Shown: positions 25,687 through 29,295 of the stretch, one piece after another
Layout of the letters: the number at the start of each line of letters is the position of its first letter
Numbering within the stretch: the first letter of the stretch is position 1
Virus record (IMG/VR): IMGVR_UViG_3300033562_000279
Span: 1 to 29,295 of that record
Strand: one strand, 5' to 3'
DNA from: a virus
Taxonomy: Duplodnaviria > Caudoviricetes
Length of the DNA stretch: 29,295 nucleotides
Made by a program: the position numbers and the translations under genes
Notes under the pieces: model-generated
The model's database searches: none
What the model saw: only the letters and a program-made list of their open reading frames with translations
Told to the model about the DNA's origin: nothing

Positions 25687-27573
25687 ATGGATAATAAATA
25701 CTATACTACAACCGAGATACTAAATGATGTGTATTCAGGTTCAATAACTAATGTATATTTAACTGACACAGAAGTTTATAACGCTGTTTATAATCCATCT
25801 GAAAAAGCTTTGAATGTTAATATTAAGAATCTTGCAGATATTCCTTTAAATATTACCGTTGTTACGAATTATTCAGCATTACCCAATCCTACAACCGTTA
25901 CAGGAAAATATTATTGGGTATCAAATAGTCAAGGAACTAAATGGTTGCCTGGTTCACTTGGTGGAACATATTATAATTCAGGTTTATATTTCTCAAACGG
26001 AACAACTTGGGAATATATGGAAGTTCCTTATCAAGCAACACAAGGAGAAGTAAATTCAGGATTAATTTACGATAAATTTGTTACTCCTTTAACCTTTGAA
26101 AATGCTCGCAAATGGAATGATATTCCTGATTGGACAAAAGAACCTACTGGATTTAGATTTCCTGATACAGTAACTGTAACTTATGATTATGCCAACAGAA
26201 CAGTTATATTAACCGGAGATGTTGAAGCATATTGGAGAGGTAAATTAGTATCAGTTTTAGTTGATGGTTGGACATCAGAACCGCATCCCATTACCATTGA
26301 TAATTATTTTCTATATTATGATGGAACTAACTTTGTTTGGGATACAAATCCTTGGTCATTTGATTTAGTTCAGATTGCTTATATTTCAAAAGATACTTAT
26401 GCAATCAGAGAATGTCACGGATTAATGCCTTGGCAGGTTCACGAAGAATTTCACAGAACAACTGGTACATATCGTAAAAGTGGTGGTGATATTTTAAACT
26501 TTACATTAAATTCTACAACAGTTGCAAATAGAAGACCTGATATTTCATCTACTACATTAGCTGATGAAGATTTACACACAACCACACCACAATTAATTTC
26601 TAAATTATATTCTCATAGATATTTAACATTAGTCGATACAGTTAATTTTACATTAAACTCAGCAGATATAATTCAATTAAATACTAATCAACCATATTAT
26701 AATAAATGGAATGGTAGTGCTTGGGTTCAAACTTTATTTCCTGTAAATGCTTATGGTGCAATATTCGTATTAGCCGCACCAGTTACAGCAGATGATAGGT
26801 CACAAGGATATAGATACCAATTTATTCAGCCTCAAACTGTAAATACCAATTTGGCAACTATTCAATCATTAACATCTCAATCAGTTAATATTGGAAATCC
26901 TAACACTATTTCACCTGAATATAATTTTGTTGGTAAAATAATTATTAGATATACTGCAGGAAACTGGACACTTATTTCAGTTGAAAAATTGGCAGGAACA
27001 TCAAATAATTCAATTTCTGTTAATGGTGGAACTATTAGCCAAGTAACTACCACAGGCAAATTATTATCTGGTGTAGGAACTCCGTCTAATCCTTTATATG
27101 CAATCAATTTGAATGGTTTTATTGATTATAATCACTCTGGAACAACTCAATCTTATACCACAGGAAATTTAAAAGTATTGAATGATGGAGCAGGAATTTA
27201 TACTTTAAAGACTTATAAACCATTTGGTGTAACTGAACTTTGGAACACTGTAACAAATCAATTTAACTTTGCTGATTTAAGCCTCGGAGATGAAGTAACT
27301 ATCAGAACTGATGGAAATGTAACCACCACGACAAATAATCAAATATTCGGGACTAAATTGAATATGTCAATAGGAGTAAATCCATACGAAATCCAAGTTG
27401 GTCAGAGTTATTATAAAACAATTGGAACATATCCAACAACAAGATTTGTTAAATTCTATATTGGTAATGAAGATACAAGAATTAATCCTGCTGAAGTATT
27501 ATTTTATTCAGATGCAGCAGCAACATTAGCAGTTACAGGATTTTATATTTCAGTAACAAGAAGAAATGTATAA
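25687..27573 (+). CDS. Large multidomain virion/fibre protein
   Basis: 628 aa, Thr/Asn/Tyr/Trp-rich beta composition; YSNGTTW- and KWNGSAW-type fibre segments. Confidence 0.6.
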   Translation: MDNKYYTTTEILNDVYSGSITNVYLTDTEVYNAVYNPSEKALNVNIKNLADIPLNITVVTNYSALPNPTTVTGKYYWVSNSQGTKWLPGSLGGTYYNSGLYFSNGTTWEYMEVPYQATQGEVNSGLIYDKFVTPLTFENARKWNDIPDWTKEPTGFRFPDTVTVTYDYANRTVILTGDVEAYWRGKLVSVLVDGWTSEPHPITIDNYFLYYDGTNFVWDTNPWSFDLVQIAYISKDTYAIRECHGLMPWQVHEEFHRTTGTYRKSGGDILNFTLNSTTVANRRPDISSTTLADEDLHTTTPQLISKLYSHRYLTLVDTVNFTLNSADIIQLNTNQPYYNKWNGSAWVQTLFPVNAYGAIFVLAAPVTADDRSQGYRYQFIQPQTVNTNLATIQSLTSQSVNIGNPNTISPEYNFVGKIIIRYTAGNWTLISVEKLAGTSNNSISVNGGTISQVTTTGKLLSGVGTPSNPLYAINLNGFIDYNHSGTTQSYTTGNLKVLNDGAGIYTLKTYKPFGVTELWNTVTNQFNFADLSLGDEVTIRTDGNVTTTTNNQIFGTKLNMSIGVNPYEIQVGQSYYKTIGTYPTTRFVKFYIGNEDTRINPAEVLFYSDAAATLAVTGFYISVTRRNV

Positions 27574-27757
27574 ATATATAATAACTATGGAAAGAATTAT
27601 ATTTTATTATCAATGTGATATGTGTTATACTGAATTCACTGCTCCATTCAGTTTTGATAATACATATTGTCCGAAATGTAAATCACCAAATGTAAAATAT
27701 GTTAAATTAGTTTCAAAAGAAGTTATCAATGATAATAATTGTAAACTAAAAATATGA
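27566..27757 (+). CDS. Small zinc-ribbon protein (FmdB-like pattern)
   Basis: Y.CDMC...F...CPKCKS; start could be the second Met at 27587. Confidence 0.6.
   Translation: MYKYIITMERIIFYYQCDMCYTEFTAPFSFDNTYCPKCKSPNVKYVKLVSKEVINDNNCKLKI
27738..27754 (+). promoter_or_regulatory. Putative phage late promoter, copy 5
   Basis: Exact 17-mer whose last A is the A of the ATG at 27754. Confidence 0.8.
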
Positions 27758-28041
27758 GCGATAGAAGTAAAGCTAATATAAAGAAACTAAATCAGAATTT
27801 TTTTGATTTTATTTTGACTAATTATGGTAGTTTAAATTATCTATCAACATATTTCAGTCAGAATACTATTCAAATGAATGATTTTGATAGTTATACTAAC
27901 AATAAATTCAATATAATTGCAGAAAATAATTATATTTTGTCACAATATAATAAATTAAATCAGATTGTAATGACCGATGATAAGTTAAACAGAACAATTG
28001 GTGACTTTAATGACGACTGGCAGGACGATTATTTCATATAA
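27754..28041 (+). CDS. LysM-like baseplate protein (P2 gpX-like)
   Basis: NQNFFDFILTNYGSL resembles the Q...D.A...YG LysM-like motif; precedes baseplate J; acidic GDFNDDWQDDYF tail. Confidence 0.55.
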   Translation: MSDRSKANIKKLNQNFFDFILTNYGSLNYLSTYFSQNTIQMNDFDSYTNNKFNIIAENNYILSQYNKLNQIVMTDDKLNRTIGDFNDDWQDDYFI

Positions 28042-28050
28042 ATAAAAACT

Positions 28051-28896
28051 ATGGCATTCACAGTAAGAACAATAGATCAAATATTTCAAGAATTATTACT
28101 TGAAAAACAAACATTATCATCATTAAATAGTTTAGTTTCAGGTGGAATAACTGATGAAAATAGTTTAATAACTGCATTAGAAACAGGTAAAGTTCCTGAT
28201 TGGATATTGTGGTTATATAATTATGCAGTTGCAACAAATCTAACTGATATTGCATCATTAAGTGCTATAACAGAAATAGAAACAATACTATCAAATGAAA
28301 AGATACCTACTGCAAATTGGTACATAATGAAAGCAAAAGAATTTCAATATGGTGATTTTGTAATGGTAGATCCTACAACTTATAATGTTGGTTATGAAAC
28401 AATAGATACAGCAAAACAAATTATATCAAGTTGCACTATTCAGGATGCAAATAAATTGATAATGAAAGTAAGAAGAAAAGATACTGATATATTATCAAGT
28501 GATGAAAAGACTGCATTTGAATCTTATCTATTTAATATCAAATGTGCCGGTACACAAATATTAGTACAGAATTTTAATGCTGATTTATTAACTTTGAATA
28601 TGACTATTGTTTATAATGGAACATATTCATTAGTAACAATAAAATCAGCAGTTGAAAATGCCATCAATTCATATTTATCTAATATAGAATTTGACAGTAA
28701 ATTTAATACAACTAAGTTAGTAGATAATTTACAAGCATTATCAGGTGTTATTGATCCACGTTTTGATTCAGCAACAGCAATAGATGAATTGGGCAATACT
28801 GTTTCATTTGTTCACGAATATTTAAGTTATGCTGGATATATGAAAATTAATCCTTTATTTCCATTGAGTTCTACAATCACTTATATTGCAAGATAA
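28051..28896 (+). CDS. Baseplate wedge protein (P2 gpJ / Mu gp47-like)
   Basis: RTIDQI, WY..KAKEFQYGD, F.SYL..IK.AGT, AI.SYL..I.F...F....LVD.LQ...GV, AGYM. Confidence 0.8.
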   Translation: MAFTVRTIDQIFQELLLEKQTLSSLNSLVSGGITDENSLITALETGKVPDWILWLYNYAVATNLTDIASLSAITEIETILSNEKIPTANWYIMKAKEFQYGDFVMVDPTTYNVGYETIDTAKQIISSCTIQDANKLIMKVRRKDTDILSSDEKTAFESYLFNIKCAGTQILVQNFNADLLTLNMTIVYNGTYSLVTIKSAVENAINSYLSNIEFDSKFNTTKLVDNLQALSGVIDPRFDSATAIDELGNTVSFVHEYLSYAGYMKINPLFPLSSTITYIAR

Positions 28897-29295
28897 TGAT
28901 AGACATAGATTATAGACAAATAGCAGATACTATACCTGATACATTACGTAGAACACCAATAAGAAAAGATTGGTTATATCTTGATATTAGTGCAGTTGAT
29001 AGTAAATTTAATGAATTTCAAACTGAATTTGATTATTATAAATTCTTAGCATCACATAATTATCAAGTTATGAGTATAGAACATTTGTTGAATAATATAT
29101 TACAACCATCAGGAAGTATATATTTAACAGATGGTCTATGGTATGATGAAACATATCTTTATTTCAACGGTGATGCAACAGCAACAGAAACATATTTATT
29201 TAACACAGGAGAATCAGGATCATTAGATACATATCTAAGATTTAATTCTGAATATGAACTTGACCAATTTGATTTCACTGTAAATGTTCCTGCAT
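28896..29295 (+). CDS. 5' part of putative baseplate wedge/tail protein (164 aa once circularised, ends at 236)
   Basis: TAATG overlap with the J-like stop; MIDIDY...IPDTLR...WL...HNYQV.SIE.LLN; open to the window end. Confidence 0.75.
   Translation, partial: MIDIDYRQIADTIPDTLRRTPIRKDWLYLDISAVDSKFNEFQTEFDYYKFLASHNYQVMSIEHLLNNILQPSGSIYLTDGLWYDETYLYFNGDATATETYLFNTGESGSLDTYLRFNSEYELDQFDFTVNVPA
29155..29295. repeat. Terminal direct repeat, right copy
   Basis: Identical to 1-141. Confidence 0.95.

Noticed and set aside
7927-28796. Track ORFs 7927-8109, 10931-11251, 14040-14225, 21338-21592, 23180-23554, 25859-26053, 26877-27107, 28058-28258 and 28611-28796
   Set aside because: Fully nested in well-supported genes on another strand or frame
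29155-29295. 141-bp repeat as a biological terminal repeat or att site
   Set aside because: It falls mid-gene and its length matches an assembler k-mer overlap, so it indicates circularity rather than physical ends
1-29295. Alternative genetic code (stop-codon reassignment)
   Set aside because: Genes are full length and tightly packed under the standard code, and TAA, TAG and TGA all serve as stops

Overview
The window looks like a complete, very AT-rich tailed-phage genome of 29,154 bp. Bases 1-141 repeat exactly at 29155-29295, and a baseplate gene reads in frame across that junction. It encodes a full contractile-tail (myovirus) virion kit of the Mu-like type seen in Bacteroidota phages: TerS/TerL, gp36-like adaptor, gp29-like portal, protease, capsid, sheath, tube, frameshifted chaperone, tape measure, baseplate and several fibre/adhesin proteins. 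I see no recognisable transposase, integrase, repressor, helicase, primase or endolysin. The non-structural module is only about 5.3 kb (11733-17012). It holds a stand-alone family-A-like (TV-Pol-like) polymerase between a pseudoknot-capable leader and a ~630 bp palindrome-rich non-coding region, two small nucleases, and a sigma-region-2-only factor. A 17-bp motif, ATTGTAAACTAAAAATA, precedes five structural gene blocks and is a likely phage late promoter. A second motif, TTTTTATACTTATWTATA, precedes non-structural genes, and one canonical Bacteroidota promoter points to the host phylum. Virion proteins are enriched in an S-G-S-hydrophobic peptide motif. All family assignments come from motif recognition by eye; no database searches were run.
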